The notes below the pieces were generated by a model. The model saw only the letters and a program-made list of their open reading frames with translations, had not been told where the DNA came from and ran no database searches. The position numbers and the translations under genes were made by a program. This document shows positions 12,776-24,370 of a stretch of 64,000 bases of DNA, piece by piece (within the stretch, counting starts at the first letter, position 1; every line of letters starts with the position of its first letter). The DNA is from Callorhinchus milii (taxonomy: Eukaryota): positions 10,604,001-10,668,000 of the forward strand of contig NW_024704742.1 in assembly GCF_018977255.1 (NCBI RefSeq), given 5' to 3'.

Positions 12776-14682
12776 TACAGAAAACCAGCTTCAAAACAAG
12801 TCAGCAGAAATATAGTGGCTCAAGAATCACAAGGAATGGAAGATTTTCAGTTAACAGGTGAGAAATTGCACCTCTGTCTAGACTTAAAGTGTCTATTCTG
12901 ACTGAATAGACTAAGTAGTACTAAGACCAATTTCTAAGCATTTTAGAGCATGCGTGGTATGAAAAAATCTTAAAATAAATCTTAATTTTGAAGCCAATTT
13001 TATGTAGGTTTTGCAAGGACTATGAAAAATACTTTAAAATTAAAATTAAATGTAAGAATTTGTCAAATTCTGGACATTGAAATGCTAAGTGCATAGTCTA
13101 AATCTATGCCCAGGTGGAATTTCACTCCAGGATGTCCCAAACACATGTACAATTATACAATTAAATGGTAGTGAAATAGTTGTGAATATAGTACGTATCA
13201 AAAATCTGCAATTGAAAAGACTTAGTAGAATAAATAAGACAGCAACTGACATGTGTCAACCAAGGCACATTCAACAGGAATATATTAATCAACACGGGAT
13301 GCAGTGACTAACAGAAGAATCATATATTGATCTTGCTCAAAAATTTTAATCCAGAATCAAACATCAAGTATCCTGGAACACTCGTCTTAAGTTGTATTGA
13401 GGCAAGCCAGGGATGTTAGCAGACTATTCTCCATCTTTCGCGTTCGTTTTCACATCACATCATAATACATCACATATATTAAAACTGTAGATGTTTTGAC
13501 GAGGACATTCATTGCCTTGGGACGTCCTCCCGATATGAAAGGCACTATACAAATGTAATTTTGTAATGTATTCATTGCTTGAATGATCCTCTGAAGAGTT
13601 ATATTCCTGATACAATTTAAGCAGAGTAAATCTTAACCCTAGGTTTATAAAGCCCATAGACCAGCCAAAGAAGACTTGTGGCTGGATGAAATAGCAAAAG
13701 AGCACAGCTTCAACATGAAAGGTTTATGACCAGTGTGAAGAGCAAATTAACTACAGAGGCAAACTGCATTGACAGCACCTGTCAGTCAAACTCTGTGCTT
13801 GATGCAGTGTTGTCATGCTAGTGTAGTATGGGTGCAACAATACAACACAATATCATGAACATTTAGAATGGTCTAAATTATCTGGTCAATGTCCAGGGTG
13901 CTCTGGGAATGTTGGAGGGATAACTTGATCTGACACTAGTTCTATTTTGGTCAAACAATCGGTCTTGATGGTGCTATTCAAAGAATATTCCTTTCCTGCA
14001 GTTGAAAGGCATACATTAATCATTTTGTGCTTGTGTGGCATCTGCAGAGGGCTTGTGCAATCCGAACGCACATTTGGTGCCAAGTAATTAATGGAAAACT
14101 GTCCTTCACATCTAAGTGATAGGTCTTTCTGCCACTCAGCTGCACAGTGTGGAATTTGTTGTTTGACAGCTTGTCTTCAGTTGCACACCCTAGCCTGAGA
14201 ATTTGATGTCTTCTTTCGTTTCATAACTGTCTCCTGAGAATGATTATAGCCTTAGAGTTGGCTTTTAGCGGGCTAATAATTACTTCCCACTAACATATAA
14301 TGGGAATGCAGAAGAGAGACATGCAAAATTATTTATCCCTTTCGGGCAGTTGAAGAATATGTGAAGGAAAGTCACAAATATAGGACTTTACAAACTCGTA
14401 TCAACAAGTGCAATGAGAAAGATGCTACAAATGATTCTTTCAAACTCTACCGATTGATTAGAAAAAAAGTTAGCTCCCTTGATGTCCTAGCATGTAAAGG
14501 CATTGCTCCAGTGCAGCATAGACGATAGATATAGGCAGGTTTAAATCCCGATCTGTGTTGAGTAAACTGAGGACACAGCATTCGTTTACCATAGAGGGGT
14601 AAGTCAGATAGGGTTTGCTCTTCCAATGGCTAGACAGAGACCCATGTAGAAATTAGGATTGGGGTAAGGATAAAATCTGGAT

Positions 14683-14975
14683 AACAATAATAATACTTGT
14701 ATTTGATATAGCGCTTTATCACGTTACTGAGATGTTTCAAAGTTCATCACAGGATATACTGTAAAATGGATTGACCATGTATTTTGTGGGTGAAACGAGG
14801 CAGCCAATTACGTACAGCACTGTCCCACAAACAGTCATGGATTGAGTGATGACATTTTGTTGGGGACGAGGAGGGTGGGGAGATTATTACTTGCCTAATA
14901 TTTCCCCCTGACTGGGAATCAAACCCAGGTCCACTCGCTTGTGAGATGAGTGATCTAACCATTGAGCTGCAGGAG
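14683..14975 (-). mobile_element. tRNA-Ala-headed SINE
   Basis: Reverse complement of tail, body and head (GAGCTGCAGGA at 14964). Confidence 0.85.
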
Positions 14976-15599
14976 ATCAGGCTCAGTTGTGATGTTTTCT
15001 GTGGTTGTAATATTAAATTAATTGTTTTGGTTAAATTAATGCCAACATTCAATCATGAAAAATGACCACTTGGGGTGTGGTACTCAAACACAACCAGTTC
15101 CTGTGGAATCAAAAAAGAACCACAATAGGATTTAATTTAACTAATGCTATTAAAAGGGCTTCGGGAATTATTCGGGAGAATTTTCGTCTTTCAGTAAAGT
15201 GTGTGGGAATGAATGTTTCCAGAGCATTGATTGAAGTGTTGCAAAAATTGAAAATCTCACAATAATCTGCCTCTTTACACACAAGGGTGTGCCAGTGACT
15301 TGCATTCCACAGTTAATTCAGTGTAAGGTAGCAGCTAGAGGTTGTGTTTTGATGGCTTACCTTTGTAACATGCTCACTGAAATCAGTTCTTAATTCTGAT
15401 TATTTTTGAGATTGCAGAAACATTCATGGTTGGAAAGCCAGTCATTTTATGCCAACGTTTTTTTTGCTTGCTGAATATCTGACACATAGGAAAACACATG
15501 AACATGTTTAAAAGTCTTCAAACCAAATTCCTGTGAGTTCCACATACTCCACATATGGTTTCTCTGTGTTTTGTATCGAGTGCACACTTTCTCATTAGA

Positions 15600-16030
15600 G
15601 ACTCAGCTGGTACACTCTCACCAATGAATCAAAGGGTGTTGGTTCAAACCCCATGTTGGGACTTGGAATTTATATTGTGTAATCTGACATTCCAATTCAC
15701 TGCTTTGGGGGAGGGGGCTGTATAGTCGGAGGTAATGTCCTTTGGATCAGACGTTAAACCTGGGGCCTGTCTACCTGTTCGAGTGACATTAAAGGTCCCA
15801 CTGCACTGTTCGAAAAGAGAAGGGAGTTTCTCCTGGTGTCCAGGCCAACAATTCCCCAGATAAAATTTGTCATTCATTTCACAGCTGTTAATTGGACATT
15901 GCTGTGCGCAAATTGACTGCCATGTTCACCCACAAAACACACAGTCGTCAAAACATACACACTTTACAGTGCTTTGGGACATTCTCCCAACCTGAAAGGC
16001 GCTGTATCAAACCTAAGGATTATTATTACT
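15600..16030 (+). mobile_element. Near full-length old DeuSINE (SacSINE1/AmnSINE-like)
   Basis: tRNA-like head; Deu-type centre GATCAGACGTTAAACCTGGGGCCTGTCT..GAAGGGAGTTTCTCCTGGTGTCCAGGCCAAC; TTGCTGTGCGCAAATTGACTGCC; L2-like tail. Confidence 0.8.
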
Positions 16031-16639
16031 AGTAGTTGACGAAATGTAATGGCAAAGTAGCTTGTTTCTGTTCAATGAACCAAAGAACAATCTCAATTTA
16101 AATCATATTGACTCTCTTATTGCTCCTAATAAATTATTATGCTGTGTAGTAGAATATAAAGTATTAATGGCTGGGTGGTAAGTGTATACTTTAATCTTTT
16201 ATAACTGTCTAATGTGCTTAAATGTCTGACAATCAGAATGGAGGATCCAGTGACTTTCAATCGAAATATAATTCTGCCATAATTTATTCATCTATTAGAA
16301 AAGTGCAACCAAGTTTTTATAATATTGTGAAATTACACAGCTCTAAATTCAGATTATGCTGCAAATCTGATATAATCACACTTCTATGCTGTATCAATCG
16401 AGATTTATATCAAGTAAACATTACTGTAATCTGCACCCCCCAGGCCTATTAGAATTATTGTGGTGCATCTCATTAATATGCGTATAAGAATAATAGATTC
16501 ATAAACATACACAAATACAAACTGAATATTTAAAAGCAGATAATGATTTAAAATAACTGCTTTGTTAAGTGCTAAACAAGCCTCAAGATGCTGGGCACCT
16601 CTGAAGGAGATGAAAGTAATTATGATAACAATTTTTACA

Positions 16640-16950
16640 TCCTAGCAGGGCGAAACGTTGGGCAAGTTTCCTAACTCCACACGCCTCTGTTTACCTACCA
16701 GTAAGTCGGTACCCGGTTAATGGTCGATTGGCGGATCACTTTTCCGAGGATAATAATTCCTTCAAAAAAATAATAATAAATTGGTAACTCAATCCACGAC
16801 TGTTTGTGGGACGCTGCTGTGTGCAATTTGCTGCCGTGTTTCACCCACATAATACACAGTCAATTCACTTTACAGTATATTCTGTGAAGCTCTTTGAGAC
16901 GTCTCAAAGACATGATCAGGCACTACATCAAATCCAAGGATTATTATTAT
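16640..16950 (+). mobile_element. tRNA-Ala-headed SINE, long form, head truncated
   Basis: Body and tail match the other long copies. Confidence 0.85.
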
Positions 16951-17374
16951 TTAACACAATGGTTCATCAGGAGGACATCTCAAAGTGCTTAATGCGAATT
17001 ATTGTAAAGTGTAGTGACTGTATTTTACAGACCAATTCAAATCTAACCCAAACTAAAAAAGTGAAGATTTTCCACTTTCCAGTGTTAACACAACTCACGA
17101 GGATGAGCACCAGCCTTGTTAAATAAACAAAAGAGATGCTTTGGGTTGGAAGTGCTTCACTTAAATGATGGTCACTTTACAACAGATTATCTCAACCAGA
17201 AATCTAGAGAGAAAACTACTGGGGGAAATTCCATCTGGGTCCACATTTACCCTTTTCAGAAGTACAGAAAATCAACTTCGAAGCTAAGACTGAATTGGCC
17301 AATTTGCCAAGTCTTGGCGAATTTGAAATACAACATAAATATAGGACAGAATGTACACATGTGATGTCATTTTA

Positions 17375-17700
17375 GTGCAGTTGGTAGCAATCTCACTTAC
17401 AGTCCAGAGTTGAGGGTGTGTTGCGTATGAGATGTTATCTAAGGTCCTGCCTGCTTGTTCAGATGGATGATAAGGATCCAATAGTGCTACTTGAAAACAA
17501 AAGGGAGTTTCTCCTCAGGCACTGGCCAACAGTAGGCACTGGCCAACAGTACTCCAGATACATTGGTTATTCACTTCAAGGCTGGTTGTAGAACACTGAT
17601 GTACAAACTGGCTGCCATGTTTGCTCACAGAGACAGTCACTACAACTGGCATTAATTAACTGTGAAATGATTTGAGGTGCTATGACATTCTGAACATCTG
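17375..17700 (+). mobile_element. Old DeuSINE fragment with an internal 17-bp tandem duplication (17517-17550)
   Basis: CAGTTGGTAGC head, GAGATGTT..GGGAGTTTCTCC..GGCCAAC; AGGCACTGGCCAACAGT x2. Confidence 0.65.
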
Positions 17701-17709
17701 TGATCAGGG

Positions 17710-18975
17710 ATTCCTCTGCCTCCTTGACCTCTCTGCCGCCTTCGACACTGTCGACCACTCCATCCTCATACACCGCCTCTCCTCTTTACTTAATCTTCGC
17801 GGACCTGCCCTTGCCTGGTTTGATTCCTATCTCTTTCACCGTCTCCACTTTGTTGCCTCCAACGGTTTCTCCTCCAGCCCCCACACTGTCACGTCTGGCG
17901 TCCCCCAGGGCTCTGTCCTTGGCCCTCTCCTCTTTAATGTCTACGTGCTCCCCCTTGGTGACATCATCCGCAGACATGGGGTCAACTTCCATATGTATGC
18001 GGATGACACCCAACTCTATCTTTCTGCCTCCACCCTCAACTCCAGGACAACTGCTGTACTGACGGATTGTCTGTCGGACATGAAGTCATGGATGAGGGCA
18101 AATTTCCTACCGTTCAATGTGAACAAGACTGAGGCCCTCCTGATTGGCTCGCGCCAGCGCCTCTGCACCTCAGGCTCTGGCAGCATCAACCTCCATGGTT
18201 GCACACTTCAGTTCACCAAGCCAGTCAGGAACCGAGGTGTCTTGTTCGACCCTCAACTGTCTTTCCTTCCCCACATCCAGGCCATGACCCGCTCTGCCTT
18301 CCCTCACCTCTGTAACATCACCCAACTCTGCCACTACCTCACCTCTCAGGCCGCTGAAACTCTTGTTCATGCCTTCATCACCTCCAGGCTCGACTATGCA
18401 AACTTCCTGCTTGTCAGCCTTCCCAACTCCTCCCTCCACAGGCTGCAGATAATCCAGAACTCTGCAGCCCGTGTCCTCTCCCGCACCAAACTCCGTGTCC
18501 CCATCTCCCCCATTCTCGCCCGACTCCATTGGCTCCCTATCCTTTAGAGGATCCAGTTCAAGATCCTGGTCCTCACCTACAAAGCCCTCCATGGCCTCGC
18601 CCCACCCTACCTCTGAGACCTCCTAACCCCCTACCAACCCGCCCGCTCCCTCCACTCAGCCGGCTCTGACCTGCTCCATGTCCCCGACCCACCCGCCCCA
18701 CCATTGAGGGGAGAGCCTTCAGCCACTCTGCCCCCAACCTCAGGAATTCCATCCCCCAATCACTCTGCCTCGCCCCCTCCTTAGCCTCCTTCAAGTCCCA
18801 CCTTAAGACCCTCCTCTTTGACCATGCCATCGGCCACCCCCCTTCCCCTCCCTTCTTCCCCCCTGACCCCAGCTCGGGTCTGAAATGCTGTACACTGTCC
18901 ATCGCCTTGGAACGTCCTCCCGACACGAAAGGCGCTACACAAATGTAATCTTGTTGCTGTTACTGTTATTGTTAT
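17710..18975 (+). mobile_element. L2 LINE, 5'-truncated, RT domain to 3' tail (subfamily A)
   Basis: ORF 17672-18547 has LLDLSAAFDTVDH, GVPQGSVLGP, HMYADDTQLY, SRLDYAN, ARLHWLP; premature stops downstream; ACGTCCTCCCGACAC stem-loop and (TTG)-like tail. Confidence 0.95.
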
Positions 18976-19964
18976 GACCCCACAGGCACTAGATCAAATG
19001 CCAAGATAATTATTCTGCTATATTCTAACAGGGTGAATCAGGTGGTCTCGGGTGTGGGGCTCAGTCCTGACAAAGCTGCCAGCATAAATTTCAGGAGCAT
19101 TCTGTTTCATTTTCTCATTTGTGCTGTTTAGGTCAGGGGTGTGGAAGTGTTTGAAAGCCACTTGTTATCACTTAACACATAAACAGCATGCTCAACAAGA
19201 CATTTGATTAAGCAAAGTGAAGGCAAAAAACAATCCACTGAGGATCAACATGTCTCCAATCGGATACATTATCTTTTCATTTCCAGGACTAAACAATTTA
19301 AGGTAGCTGCTTTGCCTGTGTGCACAAATTCTTTATCTGCTTTGTTCAGGATGTCCTTGGCTGGTGACTCACATTGTATTTTTGGGTGTGCTGTAACAGT
19401 GCTGTGTGCACGCCTCTTGACTGTCTGAATGATTTCTGGATTATCCTTGTGCTCATTACATAAAGTAAATGTGACAGCTGGAAGTCAAGTATTACCAGCT
19501 GTGTTATCTAAGTAAAATCACTTAGTTTATCTGGGAAGAAAATGCTGAGTGCAGGTTTCATGTTCATGATTTCCTCAGGCACTCCATCTTGTTCGGGGTT
19601 GGAAGATTCAGCAGGCTATTTCATGCTTGCTGATACTGAAGATTAATAAATAATGTGTTTTGCACCGTGCGCTTTTGTAGCAATTCCTGTGAAACCTTTA
19701 AAAAGTCAGCAAGTTTATAATGAATCTTAATTGTTCTCAGCGAATAAAATATGTTGGAGCTCCTTGAGGATTCAAGTACAGCCACTTGCCTTAGGAACTA
19801 TCTTTCTCAGAGGGGATTGTGTATAATTCAGTTGTAGAGGAGCCTCTTTTTGGGAGTATCTTATTAAACCTATAAATGTTGGTAAGAAACTGTAGTAATA
19901 ACAACAATAACCTGCATTTATATAGCGCCCCTCACACAGGCTAGGGTCCCAGAGTGCTTGACAT

Positions 19965-20627
19965 TATACTTACTACATTATACTTCATCTGCCACCTATT
20001 TGCCCACTCACCTAGCCTATTTATATCTCATTGCATTTTTTTAATGTCATCCTCGGTGTTTGCTCTCCCTCCTAGTTTAGTGTCATCCGCAAATTTGGTT
20101 ATATTAAGTTCAATGTCCTCATCTAGATCGTTGGTGTAGATTGTAAATAGTTGAGGCCCAACCACTGATCTTTGTGGCATTCCGCCAATCTGAGATACTC
20201 TTTGTTTTCTTCCCATTAGCCATTCTTCAATCCATGCCAATATATTCCCCTTAATTCCATGGGCCCTAATCTTGTGGATCAACCTTTTATGCGGCACCTT
20301 ATCGAATGCCTTTTGGAAATCTAAATACACGACATCCACTGATTCCCCCTATCTAATCTACTTGCTATGTCCTCAAAAAAATCTAAAAGATTTGTTAAGC
20401 ATGACTTCCCTTTTGTAAAGCCATGTTGACTCTGTTCTAATCATATTGTGATCCTTTAAGTATCCCACTATGATATCCTTAATTAAGGATTCAAGAATTT
20501 TCCCTACTACCGATGTCAGACTAACTGGCCTATAGTTCCCCATCTTTTCTCTCCCACCCTTCTTAAATAGTGGTGTGACATTTGCGATCTTCCAATCAAT
20601 GGGAACCATTCCAGAATGCAAAGAATT
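19965..20627 (-). mobile_element. CR1 LINE internal RT fragment
   Basis: ORFs 20373-20726 (NVTPLFKKG..NYRPVSLTSVVGK) and 20028-20339 (YLDFQKAFDKVPH, KFADDTKLGG). Confidence 0.93.
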
Positions 20628-21228
20628 TGGAGACGTCTCGAAGAAGTGATAAGGTGATATATCAAATGCAAGGATTATTATTATTAAGCAAGTTTTTAAT
20701 TGAGACCAGTTGCTGACTTCAGCCACCCTTCCTGGTAACCTGTTCCAGGCATGAATTACCCTCTGAATAAAGAAAAATACAATTCTGGTATCTGTTTTGA
20801 AATTGCCTTTACAATTGCATTGTAATTTCCTGCTAGTTATTCTAATCTGTTAATGGTTAAACTTCCATTCTCTGAAAACTAAGTCTAAGTGTCATGCCAG
20901 ATCTGAGAACATGTTGATGGGCTTGTGATGTGCACACAGCTTGTCCAGTTTTCTGCTGTAGGAGCAGAAATCCCAATAAATTTTATCCCTGTAGTTTTTT
21001 AAGGGGATGGCTATAAGTCCTTGATTGACAGATAATGTGAAATTGGTGTAGAGAAATGCTTTCTCAGCTATAAGTTTTCTTTCAGGAGTAATACACAAAT
21101 CAATCAATAATCCTTGCGTTTGATCTAGCACCTTTCAGATTGAGAGATGTCTCAAAGAACTTCGCAGGATTTACTGTGTGTGTCACAGTCACAATCTTGT
21201 GACTTCATAGAATATACTGTGAAGTGAA

Positions 21229-21459
21229 ACAAAAGCAGAGAGTGCTGGGAACACTCAGCAGGTTAGGCAACATCTATGGAGAAAGGAAAGTGAGTCAACG
21301 TTTCGGGTCCATGACCCTTCGTCAGAACTCAGCCCAGGTCGTGGAGCCGAAACATTGACTCACTTTCCTTTCTCCGTAGATGTTGTCTGACCTGCTGAGT
21401 TTTCCCAGCTCTCTCTGTTTTTGTTTCAGATTCTAGGATCTGCAGTATTTTGTGTTTTG
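21229..21459. mobile_element. Short Penelope-like (pLTR-type) element with inverted arms and a 15-bp TSD
   Basis: 92-bp inverted repeat (21225-21316 / 21337-21428, ~9 mismatches); TSD ATACTGTGAAG(T/C)GAA at 21214-21228 and 21460-21474; hammerhead core; family assignment is by recognition, not by search. Confidence 0.75.
21291..21331 (-). ncRNA. Minimal type I hammerhead ribozyme motif
   Basis: Minus strand reads UGAGUU-CUGACGA-A-GGGUC AUG GACCC-GAAAC-GUU-GACUCA: stem I 6 bp, stem II 5 bp, conserved core, palindromic AACGUU in place of helix III. Confidence 0.7.
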
Positions 21460-21604
21460 ATACTGTGAAGCGAATTGACTGTATATTTTGGGGGCAGAAC
21501 GCATCAGCCAATTGGGCAAAGCAGTGTTGTGCTGAGAATCGAACTCAGGTCTCTCACTTGCGAGGCGAGCGCTCTAACTACTGAGCTACAGGACTCCACA
21601 ATTT

Positions 21605-21780
21605 CATTTACCAGTTATCAGCCCATGTATATACCTTACCAAGACCTTGGCTGATTCCTCTGATTCCACGTGCCTTCACAAACCTGGTGTCCTCTGTAAA
21701 TGTAATTACCTTACCCTGAGTCTGCGAATCCAGATGAATAATATGCACAAAGAACAGGAAGGGGTCCCATTTAACACCTC
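21605..21780 (-). mobile_element. Highly decayed CR1 RT fragment
   Basis: Reverse complement resembles 46735-46915 (VESEE.AK.L region after the FADD motif). Confidence 0.45.
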
Positions 21781-22917
21781 CTATTTTGACCTCGCTCCAC
21801 TAACAATACAAAGAATACAACACAAGAGAGTTGGAAACACATACATGATTCAGACTGTGTGATCATTACAAATTACCAGGAGCTGCTTCTCACATGCACT
21901 AAATAACCATTGTCGCACTGTTATAGGGTGTTACCATTTCAGGTTCTCCTACAATGCTCTAACTGCCCTGCTGTGGTCTCTCTCTCTCTCTCTCACTCAC
22001 TCATTCACTCATTCATTCATTTGTAGGCACATGTGTCTGCCAATTCACATACAGCACTGACCCACAAACAGCTTTGAAGAGAACAAGCATTTCTTAATCT
22101 GGACATTATTGGCTAGGACTCTGGAAGAAACTTTGTTCATTTTAAATAGTACCATGGGAAGTTTAACGTAGGATCTTGGTTTAAGTCTCATTTGAAGATC
22201 GGCACCTTTGACAATGAAGCACATGCCCACCACTACAATGAAGTCTTGGCCTCAACTACAAACTCTATGTTATGACATTATAATAATAATAATCCTTGCA
22301 TTTGATTTAGTACCTTATCACGTCTTCTAGACGTCTCAAAGCCCTTCACAGAATATACCGTAAAGTGAATTGACTGTATATTTTGTGGGAAAATCCCCAT
22401 AGGACTTAATCCAAAATCTTTTGATTAAGGTAAAAGTGCTACTAATTGAGCCAGATGGACATCTAAATGGCTTGGCAGCATTTAACAATTCTGATATGAA
22501 GCACCAAGCAGGGAGAAGAGAGAATTAATGATGTTGACCAAAAGCAGTGTTAAAAATATATTTTTAGTTGGGTTTTGAAACCAGCTCAAGCCTCAAGAGA
22601 GGTGGTGCCAAACCATTGACAGAAAGCTCTCCTCATGATTCAATAATTGAAGCACACTTGAAGCAAAAGCACCAATGTGAAATATTGTCCATCACATCCA
22701 TGTAATCTGCAAAGCAGATGTTGATATTTGTCACCCTACATGCAATAAAGTGGTGCCAAAAAACTAAATTGGTGAAACAGAGCTGGGGTTTCATTAAACA
22801 ACCAGACCATTTTCCAACAGCAGTTAAATTGGAATCTGTCAAAGAAGGCACTGTGATGGCACTGTAGATACTCCTACTGTCAACTCAAGACTTTGACTGA
22901 GTTTTCGATTATCTTGT

Positions 22918-23245
22918 GGAGTCCTGTAGCTCAGTGGTTAGAGCACTCGCTTTGCAAGCGAGAGACCTGAGTTCAATTCCAGGCAGTGCGAAACCTTGGG
23001 CAAGTTTCCTTACTCCACACACAGCCCTAATAATAATCCCTCCAAAACAAAAAACAATAATAAATTGGTCATTTTCAATCTACTGTTTGTGGGACATTGC
23101 TGTGCGCAATTGGCTGCCGCGTTCGCCCACAAATATACAGTCAATTCACTTTACAGTGTGTTCTGTGAAGCGCTTTGGGACGTCCTCCCGACGTGAAAAG
23201 CGCTATATCAAATGCAAGGATTATTATTATTATTATTATTATTAT
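22918..23245 (+). mobile_element. tRNA-Ala(UGC)-headed SINE, short young form, full length
   Basis: Near-identical to 10291; CTCCC-loop tail; long (TTA)n. Confidence 0.95.
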
Positions 23246-23337
23246 CTTTCCCCTTCCCACCCACTCGTCTCCCACCCCAGTTGGGTGCCCCAACTAGCAG
23301 CGTTAAGAGTTTTGGGATGTCCTCCTGCTGTGAAAGG

Positions 23338-23340
<3 letters not shown>

Positions 23341-23369
<29 letters not shown>
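23341..23369. repeat. (TA)n microsatellite at the end of an L2-type tail
   Basis: About 14 TA units directly after GTGAAAGGCAC. Confidence 0.9.
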
Positions 23370-23372
<3 letters not shown>

Positions 23373-23479
23373 CATTTATGTTGTACATTTCATACCCCTT
23401 AGAAAAAATAATAATATCCTTCTCAGATTTGGCTGAACAATCTGTAGAAATTTTCATACAAACGTCCATCTGAGCAAGC

Positions 23480-23640
23480 AGATGGGACTTCGGTTTAACG
23501 TCTCATTGAAAGGACAGCAACTCCGACTATGCAACACACCCCCAGCACTGCATTGGAGTGTCATTTTAGACCATGTGAATTCAAGTCCCGAGGTGGGATT
23601 TGAATCCACAACATTCTGACTCAGAGGTGAGTGCTACCAT
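23480..23640 (-). mobile_element. Old DeuSINE 5' fragment
   Basis: TTCGGTTTAACGTCTCAT..GGATTTGAATCCACAACATTCTGACTCAGAGGTGAGTGCTACC is the reverse of the head and the start of the Deu domain. Confidence 0.7.
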
Positions 23641-24194
23641 CCAGGACAGATACAGGTTTCAGCAGCGTTTTGCCCACAAAAAATATAGTCAATTCATTTT
23701 ACAGTATATTCTGTGAAGCGCTTTAAGACGTTTCAAAGACGTGATAAGGCGCTGTCTTAACTGCAAGGATTATTATCAGTTCAGGTGTTTAAATGATTAT
23801 TGCTAAATGTTTTGTATCTTTCCCTAGCACAATCTGATCAAGTGTTACTTCAGTCTAACAGGGAAGGGAATGTCTATCCAAATCCCTGGCTGGAATCAGT
23901 AACGAGAAGACTATTGTTGCCGCAAGATTAAGAGTAAAACAGATTCTAATCAGAGGTGATATTTGAATTCCATTTCCCAACTGTTTTTTGATACACTTAA
24001 TTCCTTTAGTTCCCAGGTATTTTGTGGATAAAATGATTTTGATGGTCTTTACATCTGAAACACTAAGCTTAATAAAGTAAATGCAGAACAATACTTTTAG
24101 CAACAACAACTTGCATTTATATCATGCCCTTCACATAGAATAATGTGCTTTACAGTGGTGGGGACAGAATGCCAAATTGTGGGTGGGGGGGCCC

Positions 24195-24370
24195 CGGGGA
24201 GGTGACAGCAGGTCACAAGGTTTCAGTTTCAGGGTTGTGAGGAACAATTTTAGTGTGGACTCCAGGAAGTGTTTCTTTGCACGGAGGATAAATAACAGCT
24301 GGGAAAGATTACCAGGAAGGGTGGATGAGAAAATGCAACATGGTTCCCAAGCCTTCCTTAAAAAAAATCT
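24195..24370 (+). mobile_element. CR1 ORF2 C-terminal fragment
   Basis: ORF 24177-24392 SR..GFSFRV..RKCFFARRIINSWERLP. Confidence 0.65.

Larger units (their letters stand above)
21105..21597 (-). mobile_element. tRNA-Ala-headed SINE interrupted by a Penelope-like insert
   Basis: Tail at 21105-21228, body resumes at 21460, head GAGCTACAGGACTCC at 21583-21597. Confidence 0.85.

Noticed and set aside
17672..18547. 291-aa ORF as a functional gene or domesticated RT
   Set aside because: 5'-truncated L2 ORF2 with a non-ATG start in flanking SINE sequence and premature stops immediately downstream
22916..23473. Recurrent ORFs such as MESCSSVVRALALQARDL.. and ..[11 protein letters not shown]
   Set aside because: Translations of SINE copies and their (TTA)n tails
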